64,000 bases of DNA from Octopus sinensis (lineage: Eukaryota), in assembly GCF_006345805.1 (NCBI RefSeq), contig NC_043014.1:13392001-13456000 (forward strand). Direction: 5' to 3'. The notes under the pieces are model-generated. The model saw only the letters and a list, made by a program, of their open reading frames with translations, was not told the DNA's origin and ran no database searches. The position numbers were made by a program, and so were the translations under genes. Below, piece after piece: positions 12,549 to 25,588 of the stretch; the stretch's first letter is position 1, and each line of letters opens with the position of its first letter.

Positions 12549-12794
12549 CTATGAAGGAGAAATAAACAAAATATACAATTAGATATTCTTTATCTTGTAC
12601 TAGTTTTAGTGGTTAGAGCACAGTCATGGTGGAGCGTTGCTTTCAAGATTTTAGTTGAAGATTATAGACACTAGTGCTTTGTTTGGTACCAATTTCAACT
12701 TTGGAAGAAAAGGCAAAGTCAGGGTGGATATTATTTGAACTCAGAAAGTAAAATAAATATAACCATGAGTGTGTAATTAAAAAGTTAGCTTTAA

Positions 12795-13197
12795 GGCGGC
12801 GAGCTGGCAGAAACGTTAGCACACTGGGTGAAATGTTTAGCGGTATTTCGTTTGCCATTACGTTCTGAGTTCAAATTCCACCGAGGTTGACTTTGCCTTT
12901 CATCCTTTCGGGGTCAATTAAATAAGTACCAGTTATGCACTGGGGTAGATATAATTGATCCAATCTGTTTGTCCCCTCTGTGTTTAGCCCCTTGTGGGTA
13001 GTAAAGAAATAGCTATTTCGTCTGCCGTTACGTTCTGAGTTCAAATTCCACCGATGTCGACTTTGCCCTTCATCGTTTCAGGGTCGATAAATTAAGTACC
13101 AGTTATGCATTGGGGTCGATGTAATCGACTTAATCCCCTTTGTCTGTCCTTGTTTGTCCCCTCTCTGTGTAGCCCCTTGTGGGTAATAAAGAAATAA
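12795..13197 (+). mobile_element. Dimeric family-A SINE
   Basis: The tail of the first monomer joins the second monomer at tatttcgtctgcc. Confidence 0.8.
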
Positions 13198-13336
13198 ATA
13201 GGTAGCTTTGCAACCACATCGTTTTGGGTCCAGTTCCACTGCTTGGTACCTTGGGCAAGTGTCTTTTTATATAGCCCTAGGCCAAGTAATGCCTTGTAAG
13301 TGAATCCGATAGCTAAAAACTGTGTGGAAACCTGCT

Positions 13337-13375
<39 letters not shown>

Positions 13376-13538
13376 TGTATGTGTGTATTCAACCTGAAAC
13401 TATAGCAGAAGACATTTGCCCAAGGTGATGTATGGTTGGACAAAAGGTAGAACCACATGATATTTAATTCTGAAATGAAAATTTAAAAATTACCATATTT
13501 GCCAACATATAAGATGTCCTCATTCATTTTTACAAGTA

Positions 13539-14101
13539 TTGGGTTGTCCGGAAAGTTTGTGCCGATTTATAGTAGCTTACATTTCAACTTATTTTAGAAC
13601 ATGGTTGAATCCATAAAATAGGATTTTACTACACCTCCATTTAGAGCACAGTTTAAGCTATTTTTTCATGGAAGAAGGTTTATGTTCCTATAACCTGTGT
13701 TAATTCTGTAACCCTTTAAAATGGAAAATAAGAAAGTTCATTTTTGGCACTTGATGCTTTGGGAACCAGACAAAAATTGCTGCAGCTTGGATGGGATGTG
13801 TTACCCCACCCCCCATATTCACCAGATATTGCTCCTTTGGATTCCACTTATTCAGGTCTCTGCAGAATAGTGTTAATGGTAAAGATTTCAATTCCTTGGA
13901 TGACGTAAAAAATACCGTGATGAATTCTTTGCCATGAAACCACCTCATTCTGGGAAGAGGGTATTTTCAAGTTAAAGGAAAGATGGAGATGCATTGTGCA
14001 ACAAAATGGTTCATATTTGGTTGATTAAAAATGTAATGACAAGTATTTATTGACCTTTTTCTTTACTTTAAAAATTGGCACGAACTTTCTGGACAACCCA
14101 A
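13539..14101 (+). mobile_element. Internally deleted mariner (Tc1/mariner) element
   Basis: TA TSDs and roughly 30-bp TIRs (ttgggttgtccggaaagtt). Transposase C-terminus remnant HPPYSPDIAP..HLFRSLQN...WEEGIFKLKERW. Confidence 0.92.
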
Positions 14102-15315
14102 TATATTTTATAAGTATATTTTGTAGAGGAAAACAAACATGGCATGTTTTCACATTCACTATAGTGGTTTGTAAGGGGAAAATGCATGATTCTGAGATAT
14201 AAATACAATGCTGTCACATTACACTGGGATAAAGTGTGAAACCATAAATTTATCACATATAAACTATGTTATACATGTAGTGTATTTCAGTTTTATCTTC
14301 TTTCAAATCAACAGTATGGCTGTCCATATTCTGGTCAAGAGAATTGCTATTAGGATGTAAAACTCATATTTTTGGATGTCATGTTTCGTGTTACTGTGGT
14401 CAACCACTATGGTTTTGTTGTCATCTGCTCATTGCAGATAACTAACTGGTAGATGGAAGTTTAATATTCCTTTCATATTTCTGGGAGATTTCTTATTTTA
14501 TTGAAAAAATTTTTCTTAAAAGGTAACACAGCCATTAGATAATGTAAGCCACATATCAGGTATGGGTTATGTATGCTGGAGAAGGGGGTAAAATAAGATG
14601 ATATGACCTCTCCACATAACTACTGACATAATAAATAAAAATAAATGTGCCCTTTTAAAGCCTAGCCAGGCTCATGGGCTTGGTTTCCCGCTTTCAATGG
14701 AGTATGTGTTCCCCAGCTAGACAGGACACCAGTCCATCGCAGCGTTACTCATTTTTGCCAGCTGAGTGGACTCAAGAACACAATACATCGCCTGGTCCAG
14801 GAATCGAAACCACAATCTTACCATCATGATGCTGACACCCTAACCACTAAGCCACGCACCTCCACAACTACTGACATACTGTAAACAATTTTTAGATAAA
14901 TTGGTGCAAACAAACTGTGACAATTGGACTTGTTTTCACATGCTAGCATGGAAAACGGACGCTAAACGATGATGATGATGATGATGATGTAACAATTATT
15001 GTGCCAAACAGATTTATGCTCATCTAGCCTACAACACTCAGTCTCCTGTTGTAATATGACTGCATAAGATTTTTGATACATTAAAAAAAAATGTGAGTCT
15101 TATATATTGGCAAATACGGTTCTAGTTTTTTCTTCATGACCTAAGTATTTTTTATTAGATTTTTGCTGCATTTCAATTATTCTGGCTTTCTACCATTTCT
15201 GTCAATTGCCTTATTTGATTAAAAAAAATCATACAAGAAAAATAATTCTTATATTTAATAATGAATGATATAATAAGATATAAATGTTTCTTTTATGTGT
15301 CTATTGTATACTTAC

Positions 15316-15384
15316 AAAATTGAGGCACTGTCGAAGACGGCATTTCTGACGAATTTTGTTTGGACCACCAAATTTTTTCATGTC
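15316..15384 (-). CDS. CXXC1: CXXC1 exon: second part of the CXXC finger (DMKKFGGPNKIRQKCRLRQCLNF)
   Basis: KFGG signature, near-identical to human CXXC1. Donor gtaagt, 69 nt, phase 0 to 0. Confidence 0.98.
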
Positions 15385-16597
15385 CTTTACAAAATAGAAA
15401 GATTTTATGTTAAATATGAGATGTTAATCTAAAATATAGGAAAAGAGAGCCACTGGAAAAATTGCTTCCATTGGTAGGTGGTCTTATATTGGTCAAAATT
15501 ACAAATGGAAATTAAATAAACAATTATGTTACAAGTAAAATAATGATCATTAATAAGAAAATGAAAAGCGAACAAAAGTGTTTAAAGTCTTAATCTAGAA
15601 TTATTGAAGGTTGTAAGATAGATTTTTAAATAATCATTATTAATGATGTTGTGTAGGATTTATTTACACTCTTGGTAACTAGGAAGACATCATCTCTGTA
15701 GAGGTTAGGGAAATGTATTTGGAGCTGGTGGAGTATGTATAGTCCAACTAGGTCGGTGACCTGGGCAGAATCAGATGATCCCATAGTAATATCAAATAAT
15801 TTGCTATGGTTACTGTTATAGTGATTGGCTCAGCACCAGAGTTTGTCCTCAAAAAATATATATATTTATATAAAATGAATATGCATGTACACAAGAAACT
15901 GAAATTTTAGAATGTTGGTACAAATGCTCTTTCTTAATTGTGGCTAAAATTTGACATACATCTGATCTGTCTTTCGTGAGTAATTGAGAATATACTGAAA
16001 TTGACTGTCTGAAGTTATTATGCAAATGTTGGAATTCATATTTTTACAAACAGAAACTCTATGAAAGAAGCAAACAGTACAATAGTAAGGTAGAACTGTG
16101 GTATGTTATACAAAGTATTACAGCTGCTGTTTTGCCAGATCAAATTGGAAAACTAACAAGTTTGATGGAGAACAGATTAATAATAAGAGGAGGCTGAGGG
16201 CTGATCCTTGGTGGACTCCTACTTCTACCTGGAATTCTTCACTATACATATGCATATATACATATATATGTAAATATATATATATATATATATATATAAT
16301 GTAATAAATAAAATAAAATAATAATGTAGGGCTTCTTTCAGTTTCTACCAAATCCACTCCCAAGGCTTTGATGAACCTGAGGCTATAGTAGAAAACACTT
16401 GCCCAAAGTTTTACACTTTGTCTAAAAAACAATTTGAGATGGTCATGGCTGAAATGTCTCTGATCATAAGTCTGCTTTAACTGGACCAATTTAGGGCTAA
16501 ATAAGCAACATTATGATAATTGTCCAGATTTGAACAACCAAGTAATTTTCTCCATAGAAACAGTATTAAAAAAATAATCAGAATAGTTTATTTATAC

Positions 16598-16693
16598 CTT
16601 GCAGAAATCACAACGGCTGCAATCTTCTTGTCGATGACATGATATACATTCTCCACACCGCCGAGATGACTTTTTCTTCTGTTTAGTTTTGTC
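16598..16693 (-). CDS. CXXC1: CXXC1 exon: first part of the CXXC zinc finger (SSRRCGECISCHRQEDCSRCDFCK)
   Basis: ttctttag acceptor, gtataa donor, 96 nt. Contains the CGEC..C...EDC..CDFC motif. Confidence 0.97.
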
Positions 16694-17829
16694 CTAAAGA
16701 AAAAAATCATAAAGAAATGAAGGCCAGAAAAAAAAAAAATTTTTTTAATGAAGCTTCAGTAAGTAAGCACCCTCCCATGTCCTAGGACTCAGAATCGGTT
16801 GCCCAGTTTTCATGGCATATATAATGTGAGCAAGATCACAACATTCTCCTTAAATGGAGCACTAGTCCATTACAGTGTTACTCAGATGTCAAGTGGTGGC
16901 AGGGGCAAACACAGACACAAAAACACGTGTATATATATATGACAGGCTTCTTTCAGTTTCCATCTACCCAATCCACTCACAAAGCTTTGGTCAGCCCGAG
17001 GCTACAGAAGAAGACACTTGCCCAGTGTGATGCGGTGGGACTGAACCTGGAACCATGTAGTTGGGAAGCAAGCTTAAAAATTCCTATTATATTTTTATAA
17101 TTAGATATCATTAGAAATTCTATTTTAAAAATTGTTAAAATAGTTTCTGTATAACCAAGTCATTACACATTAATTTTAACAATGATATCTTATATGGACC
17201 CCTAAAAGTCATAAGGAGCCTGATTGAGAATCACTGTGCTAGATCATCTAATTCAAGTTTTTAAAAAAAGGGTAAAGACCCCCTTTGGTCATGAATGACC
17301 ATGGGATGCACCTAGAAAGTTCCCCTCTGGGGCACAAATCTGGGCCAAAGTTGTTTACTGAAGACCAGCAGTTGTCCATGCATACCAGCCTCTCCTCTCC
17401 ATACCGTTATATGTACATAGGGTAAAGACTCTCTTCGGTCATGAATGACCATGGGATTGCTCCTAGAAAGTTACCCTCTGAGGCACAAGTCCAGGCAAGG
17501 TTGTTAATGTAAGACCAGCAGTTGCCCTTGCATACCAGCCTTCCCTCTCCAGGCCACCAATATTATTCAAGGGAAAGGCAGAGGCTGATACAGCTTGGCA
17601 TCAGTGACATTACATCTCATTTCTACAGCTGAGGGAACTGGAGCAACGTGAAATAAAGTGCCTTTCTCAAGAACATAATATAGAGCCCAGTCCAAGAATT
17701 GAACTCACCAACACATGATTGTGAGTCTGACGTTCAAACCACTAAGCCATGTGCCTTCAAGAAAAATAATGTAAAATAAAAAATGATAAAAAAATAATTG
17801 AACAAGAAATGAATAGAATCAATAATTAC

Positions 17830-17954
17830 TTTGTCTTTCTTTTGTGGTATTTCTTTTTGATGTTTCTCTGTATCACTAGAATCGCTTGCTTGATACTTCT
17901 TGTCTCTCATAACTTTCTTGGCTTTGTACTGTATCTCCAGTGTTTTATCATTCT
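17830..17954 (-). CDS. CXXC1: CXXC1 exon (ENDKTLEIQYKAKK...PQKKDK)
   Basis: aatttcag acceptor, gtaatt donor, 125 nt, phase 1 to 0. LEIQY resembles the LEIRY segment that follows the CFP1 PHD. Confidence 0.93.
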
Positions 17955-17975
17955 CTGAAATTAAGATAAGGTAGC

Positions 17976-18330
17976 AAAGAAATAGCTAAGAAGTTCAACA
18001 GACACCACAGAATTTAAGGAGAGAATAAAGTAAGCCCATATTGCTTGACTTGCTAGAAATAGCAGCCAAATCTCCCTCAGATCACAACTAAACAAAGAAA
18101 TAGCTAAGAAGTTCAACAGACACCACAGAATCTGAGGAAAGAACAAAGTAAGCCCATATTGCTTGACTTGCTAGAAATAGCAGCCAAATCTCCCTCAGAT
18201 CACAACTAAACAAAGAAATAGCTAAGAAGTTCAACAGACACTACAGAATCTACGGAAAGAATGAAGTAAGCCAATATTGCTTGACTTGCTAGAAATAGCA
18301 GCCAAATCTCCCTTGGATCGCATCTAACCA
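17976..18330. repeat. Three tandem 118-bp units next to a CXXC1 acceptor
   Basis: Units start at 17976, 18094 and 18212; each includes a SINE-derived tgctagaaatagcagccaaatctccct segment. Confidence 0.95.
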
Positions 18331-19256
18331 TCTTGAAAAACAATGCATTGGATAATGTAGCCCTACACATACAAGACCCATGAAAAGGACTGGATTCACA
18401 GGCTAGTATACCTTTGATCATAGATCATGAGGGACAGGTAAGTGGAGATACTTGTTAATATAAATTGCAAATGTAAGATAGTGAGCTGGCAGAATCATTA
18501 GCATGTTGAGCAAAATGCTCAGTGGTATTTTGTCCATCCTTATGTTCTGAGTTCAAATTCTGAGGCCAACTGTGCCTGTCATCCTTTCAGAATCAAGAAA
18601 AATAAGGACCGGTTGAACACTGGGGTTTGATATAATCAACTTACGCACACCCTATAAATTGCTGGCCTTTTATCAAAATTTGAAACCAATATGATCTGAC
18701 AAAACACAAAATTATTGATAATCTGGCTGTATCTGCAACCATAGGGAGGTTGTCTCCCTTGTCAGCTCAGTAAGATAGTGCTTTTGTTGGCTATTGAGTT
18801 GTTTTGACTCTTATTTCTAGCAATACTGGTGCTGATTAGTGCCCTTGTTCACTTTAGTGACATATGTATATGTTTTGCCTTTAGATTGTAAAATTGCGAA
18901 TTAGCCAACCATATTATTTATATGTGTGTGTATATATATATATTTATATATATATATATATATACCATCGTTACCAGCGTCGCCTTACTGGCACTTGTGC
19001 CGGTGTGCAGGTGAAATGTAAAAAAAAAAATTTTTCGTGGCCGTTGCCAGTACCGCCTGACTGGCCCTACTGCTAGTGGCACATAAAAGCACCCACTACA
19101 CTCTTGGAGTGGTTGGCATTAGGAAGGGCATCCAGCTGTAGAAACTCTGCCAGATCAAGATTGGAGCCTGGTGCAGCCATCTGGTTTGCCAGTCCTCAGT
19201 CAAATCGTCCAACCCAAGCTAGCATGGAAAGCGGATGTTAAACAATGATGATGATG

Positions 19257-19293
<37 letters not shown>

Positions 19294-19669
19294 CAACAAG
19301 CTTCTTTCAGTTTCCATCTTTCAAATCCACTCACAAGGCTTTGGACTGCCCAAGGCTATAGTAGAAGACACTTGCCCAAGGTGCCACACAGTGGGAATAG
19401 ACCTGAAGCCATGTGGTTGTAAAACAAGTTTCTTAACTACATAGCCATGCCCGCAACTAATTATGAAGATATTTGTGAAAATAAAAATAGAAAAAAAGTC
19501 ATAATAGCTATTTGTAAAGATGGAATGGCAAGTCCTCTATAACAAGAGACAAACATGTGAGTCAAGTTCTGTCAATGGACATGATTTTTTTTTTGGTGGT
19601 GGGGTTCACAAATTGATGCTTATAGTATCTAATATGGAAAGCAATCAGAATGGAATGATGACAACATAC

Positions 19670-19770
19670 CTCTGCAAGCCTCACAGAAGAATTGTTTGAT
19701 CACTTTGGCTTCACTCTGTGTGACATTAATACAGTCTCCATGATACCATTCATTGCACTTATCACAGCCA
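19670..19770 (-). CDS. CXXC1: CXXC1 exon: second half of the PHD finger (IGCDKCNEWYHGDCINVTQSEAKVIKQFFCEACR)
   Basis: ttcattccag acceptor, gtatgt donor, 101 nt, phase 2 to 1, in frame with neighbouring exons. Completes the C4HC3 PHD pattern. Confidence 0.97.
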
Positions 19771-22029
19771 CTGGAATGAAAAAGATAAAGAGATAAGTAT
19801 ACACAACCAAGTATATAGGATCAATGAGAATGTCTTTCATTACTGACAGCATCTCTGATTGTTGTAAGAGCAAGCTGCTCAGCTATATAAACGGTTATGT
19901 CCTTTACATCATCTTCTGTTACCATGCCCACTATATATGGTAACTGGCGACATATACCTCTTTCAAATTGATTAAAGGATTACCATATTTGATAGTATAA
20001 AAGACACGCGGACATATTAGAGACACTCCAGTCTCAAACGCATATCCAGGAAAAAATCTTTAGTTTGTTAAAGTTTATGGAAGACCCAACTTTGCATATA
20101 GGACCTCGGGTGAAATTTTGAGCTTTTTTTTTTTTTGAAAAAATTAAATAGGTTTATTTCTCTGAAGACAATGTCCTTCTACCGGGCCAATTTGCTGATC
20201 ACCAGATGGTAACTATAACTCACTTTGATGTAGCTTTGATTTAGGAAAGTATTTTGGTGCTTCTCCTTGATCCAGTCACTGCATGAAATATTAGTGACTG
20301 CTATACAGAATCCATTTCATCATCGCACAAAATGTGATCAAGAAATGATCGACATTGTTGCACAAAGGAAGTGCAGAGTAAATTTCATATTAGTGACTGC
20401 TTTAGTGTAGCTCATACAGCACCAATTTGTCGAGCATCTTCAGTGTAAATGTTGAACAACTATTGAATAACCAACGCTAAATCTGGAATTTCATTTGTTG
20501 TTTTGCATGGATCTATTCCAATAATGGCCCTCAACTAGCTGTCATCAACTGCAGGAGGTTTTCAGCAAATTATACTGGCAGCAAGATTAGCACACTGGGC
20601 GAAATACTAAGCGGTATTTCGTCTGCTGTTTCGTTCTGGGCTCAAATTCCACCGAGGTCGACTTTGCCTTTCATCCTTTCGGGGGCGATAAATTAAGTAC
20701 CAGTTACGCACTGGGGTCGATATAATCGACTTAATCCGTCTGTCTGTCCTTGTTTGTTTCCTCTGTGTTTAGCCCCTTGTGGGTAGTAAAGAAATAGGTT
20801 ATCAGCAAATTATGCACCAAAGTTAGGAATACAACAAAAATATGCAATTATTTTCACAGCAATTTAATATAAATAAGCATCAGCAAATGAATTATATAAG
20901 TATGAATAGCATTAAATTATTTTCATTGTTGAGAGCCATATTTATAAAAATAACAAAAAAGTTATTACATATAAAAATAACTATATTAACAAAATAATAA
21001 AAGCCATATTGTTAAAATAATGTTTCATGACATTGTTTCTTTCAACAATTGTAACTCATTTAACCTTTTCCATCATCCTATTTTTAATTAATCTTTTAGC
21101 TTTAATTTGCTCTACTCATTGGACTGCAGCCATTGATGGGTTTTAGTTAAACAAAGTGAAACTGGTACTTATTATTTTTTAAAATCTAGTACTTATTCTA
21201 TCAGTCTTTTTTACTGAATAACTACATTACAGTGAGGACAGATGTGTGTGTGTTTGTGTATATACATACATACATACACACACACATGTATATATATATA
21301 TATATATATAATACAAAATGGGACAAGAATGCAAAACATCCGGACAGCTAGGTGATACAAGAAAGGGACAACAAAACATCCAGATAGACGATACAAAGAA
21401 AACAAGGATGGGTCATTTGGAGTTTTCTTTCCTCAGTCGAGTTCCAGATTATCTTTGCAATTTCGGCTGGTTATACTCGAGATTGCTCTAATCTGGCTCA
21501 TGAGTTCCAATCAAAGAACATTAGATTTCTTGGAAGAAAGCAGTGAATGCATATGAAAACAAGGACGGAAAAAACAGAGAAAGTTACACAAATACAAATA
21601 ACTGGACATAACAACAGGTGTCTTTCGACTAAGGAAAAATTAAATTAAGCTGGCGTGTGTGGAAGTAAAGCCTTACAGCAGAGATACAAGATTTCACAGG
21701 CACAGAGAAGAATATAGATGTTGCACGGACAATGGCCGAACCAAGAAAGGTCAGGCTTGGCCGAACACCAGTTACGTGGGAAGAGAAGAGAGGTAGAGGC
21801 AGAGGGACAAATCAGTGGTCAGAGTGTTGGGCTCACAATCATGAGAAAGTGAGTTCGATTCCCGGACAGGGCTGCCTGTTGTGTTCTTTAGCAAGACACT
21901 TTATTTCACATTGCTCCAGTTCACTCAACTGTAGAAATGAGTTGCGACATCACTGGTGCCAAGCTGTATCAGCTTTTGCCTTCTGCTTGGATAACATTGG
22001 TGGCATGGAGAAGATGTGGGGTGAGGTAG

Positions 22030-22300
22030 CGAAATATCTTTGGATGCTGAGTCCTATGGAAGTGATGAAAAGTGATCAAGCCTTTTGGCAATTTGCTGTG
22101 CTTGACAAGACACATCAAGCTAAGTGAAAGCTGGTGACATGTAAAAAGCACTTGGTATACTCTGTGGAGTGGTTGGTGTTAAGAAGGGCATCTAGCTGTA
22201 GAAACCAAGCCCAAACAGACTGGAGCCTGTTGCAGCTCTCTGGCTCATGAGTTCCAATCAAAGCATCTAACCCATGCCAGCATGAAAAACGGACACTAAA
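22030..22300 (+). mobile_element. RTE LINE 3' end (ORF end plus 3' UTR)
   Basis: WQFAVLDKTHQAK* runs directly into the abundant gagtggttgg..catgccagcatgg tail, linking that repeat to the RTE. Confidence 0.8.
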
Positions 22301-22424
22301 TGTTAGCATGTTAGTGTAATTAACAACCATGGAAAGAACCATTTTTCAAAACATACAAACCAAATTTATAACAAAAAAACAACAACAAATAAATACAAAT
22401 ACTTAAAAAAGAAAAGGTACTTAC

Positions 22425-22591
22425 ATCATGAAACGCGAACAATCAGTCGTTCTGCAAATGCAATATACAGCTGGGGTGTCATCATCATCCTCCAACTGAG
22501 AAGGGTCGTCTGATGACTGATCCATTACTTTGATCAATTGATTTACCTTAGCTTGCCGTTCAGGTAACTGAAACTGCTGGGCAATTTCCCC
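22425..22591 (-). CDS. CXXC1: CXXC1/CFP1 coding exon: N-terminal motif and first half of the PHD finger (GEIAQQFQLPERQAKV...VYCICRTTDCSRFM)
   Basis: Acceptor gttttccag, donor AT|gtaagt. The YCICR..D..RFMI motif matches the CFP1 PHD finger. Phase 0 to 2. Confidence 0.96.
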
Positions 22592-22896
22592 CTGGAAAAC
22601 ACAGTGTATGAAAAATAGTCTTTTTGTTTTGTTTTTGTTGGGGTTTTTTTTCCAATGATTAATGATTTTTTTAGGGTTTTTTTTAATATTTTCCATCCAC
22701 AATTCCAAAGAAAAATAAAAGGAAAATAATAAAAACAAACAATCAAAGATAGCCAGTTATTGTATTCTAACTTTTTGACTATTTCTACTATGTGTGTGTG
22801 TGTGTGTGAAGGCGCATGGCTCTGCTCGCCATGAAACATATGCAACCCAGATTATATCAACCCCATTCCTTAACTCTTAGATTTTTATTTGCATAC

Positions 22897-22916
22897 CTGG
22901 TAACCCTGGCTGCCTA
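22897..22916 (-). other. CXXC1: Putative 20-nt microexon of CXXC1 (TAGGCAGCCAGGGTTACCAG)
   Basis: Strong acceptor ttatttcatattttacag and donor CAG|gtatgc. Open in phase 1 to 0 and continuous with the next exon. Confidence 0.5.
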
Positions 22917-23083
22917 CTGTAAAATATGAAATAATTTTTTTCAGCTTATCATACTTCAATACAGAAAAAATCTACAGCCTTCTGCTCCTGTAAGCCACTA
23001 CTGTTCCTGAAAGTTGTTTTTTTATATTTTCTACAGATTGCTTAAAGCTCATTTTTTTGTACACCTCAAGCCTTGGATCTTAC

Positions 23084-23131
<48 letters not shown>

Positions 23132-24437
23132 GGAGAATTCACAAAAAACAAAAGATGAAGACAGGTGGTGTAGACAACAAACAGATGTATTAGTATAATG
23201 CTCGGGAAGTGAAAATGTCTTTAACGTTTCGAGCCTACGCTCTTCCACAGAAAGGAACACAGAAAGAAACAAGGAGAGAAAATAAAGAATGTGTACTGGC
23301 TAGCGATACATACATATATATATATATAAATATCTATACTTACTTATATATAGATATCTATGCATCTATGTATACGTACATACATGTTTATGTATATTTA
23401 TATGTATGTGTATATATACATATCAATATATATTTATATATATATATATGTAGATATCTATGCATATATGTATATGTACATACATGTTTATGTGTATTTA
23501 TGTCTGTGTGTGTGTGTGTATATACACACACGCATGCATTTGTATGTGTAAGGGTATGTACACATGCAAGACGTGTGCACACAAGCAGACACACCCACAC
23601 ACTCACACATATTGCTTTTTTGTGTCGAGGTTTGCAATTCATTCTAAATGTATGAGGGAAAAACAAACCTACTACCTATCAGCCATTGACCCACTTCACA
23701 TATTTGCTTTAGCTTATCTATTTTTTTAATTATGCAAATTAAAACTTCTTTTACTTGTTTCAGTCATTGGGCTGCAGCCATGCTAGGACAACACCCTGAA
23801 TGGTTTTAGTTAAAGAAACTGTCTTCAGTACTTTTCTTCTCTTTTTTGTTTTTTTAAGTTTTGTACTTATTCTATCTAGCTTTTTTTTTTAACTGCTAAG
23901 GTATGGGGACATATACAAACCAGCACCAGTTATCAAGCAATGTTTGTGCATCTCAAACACTGATGCACACACACTGATGCACATAACTTTGTAATGGATA
24001 GGTATGCAAGGGTGTGATGATGATTCAGGAAAAATCACCTGAATGGGATGAAAACTGGCAGAGATTTAAATAACAATGCTAAGTGGAGGCATGTGGCTTA
24101 GTGGTGAGGGTGTTGGACTCATGATTGTAAGATTGTGGTTTCAATTCCTGGACCGGGCGATGTGTTGTGCTCGTTTCTCATTGCTCCAGTCCACTCAGCT
24201 GGCAAAAATGAGTAATCCTGCAACACACCAGTGTCTCATCCAGGTGGGGAATCTACATGCCATGGAAACTGGGAAACCAGCCCTTATGAATTAGCATGAC
24301 TTGAGAAGGTAAACTTTACCTTTTTTATTTAATTCATCCATTCAGTTGCTGAATACTAAATGTGGCTCACGAGACCTCCATTCAAGTGATTTTTCCTGAG
24401 TCACCATCACACCCTTGCATGTCAATCCATTACAAAA

Positions 24438-25588
<1,151 letters not shown>

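Noticed and set aside
14270-14580. Candidate extra CXXC1 exons near 14.3-14.6 kb
   Set aside because: Splice-like sites exist but the phases or stops are incompatible, and the gene is in frame without them.
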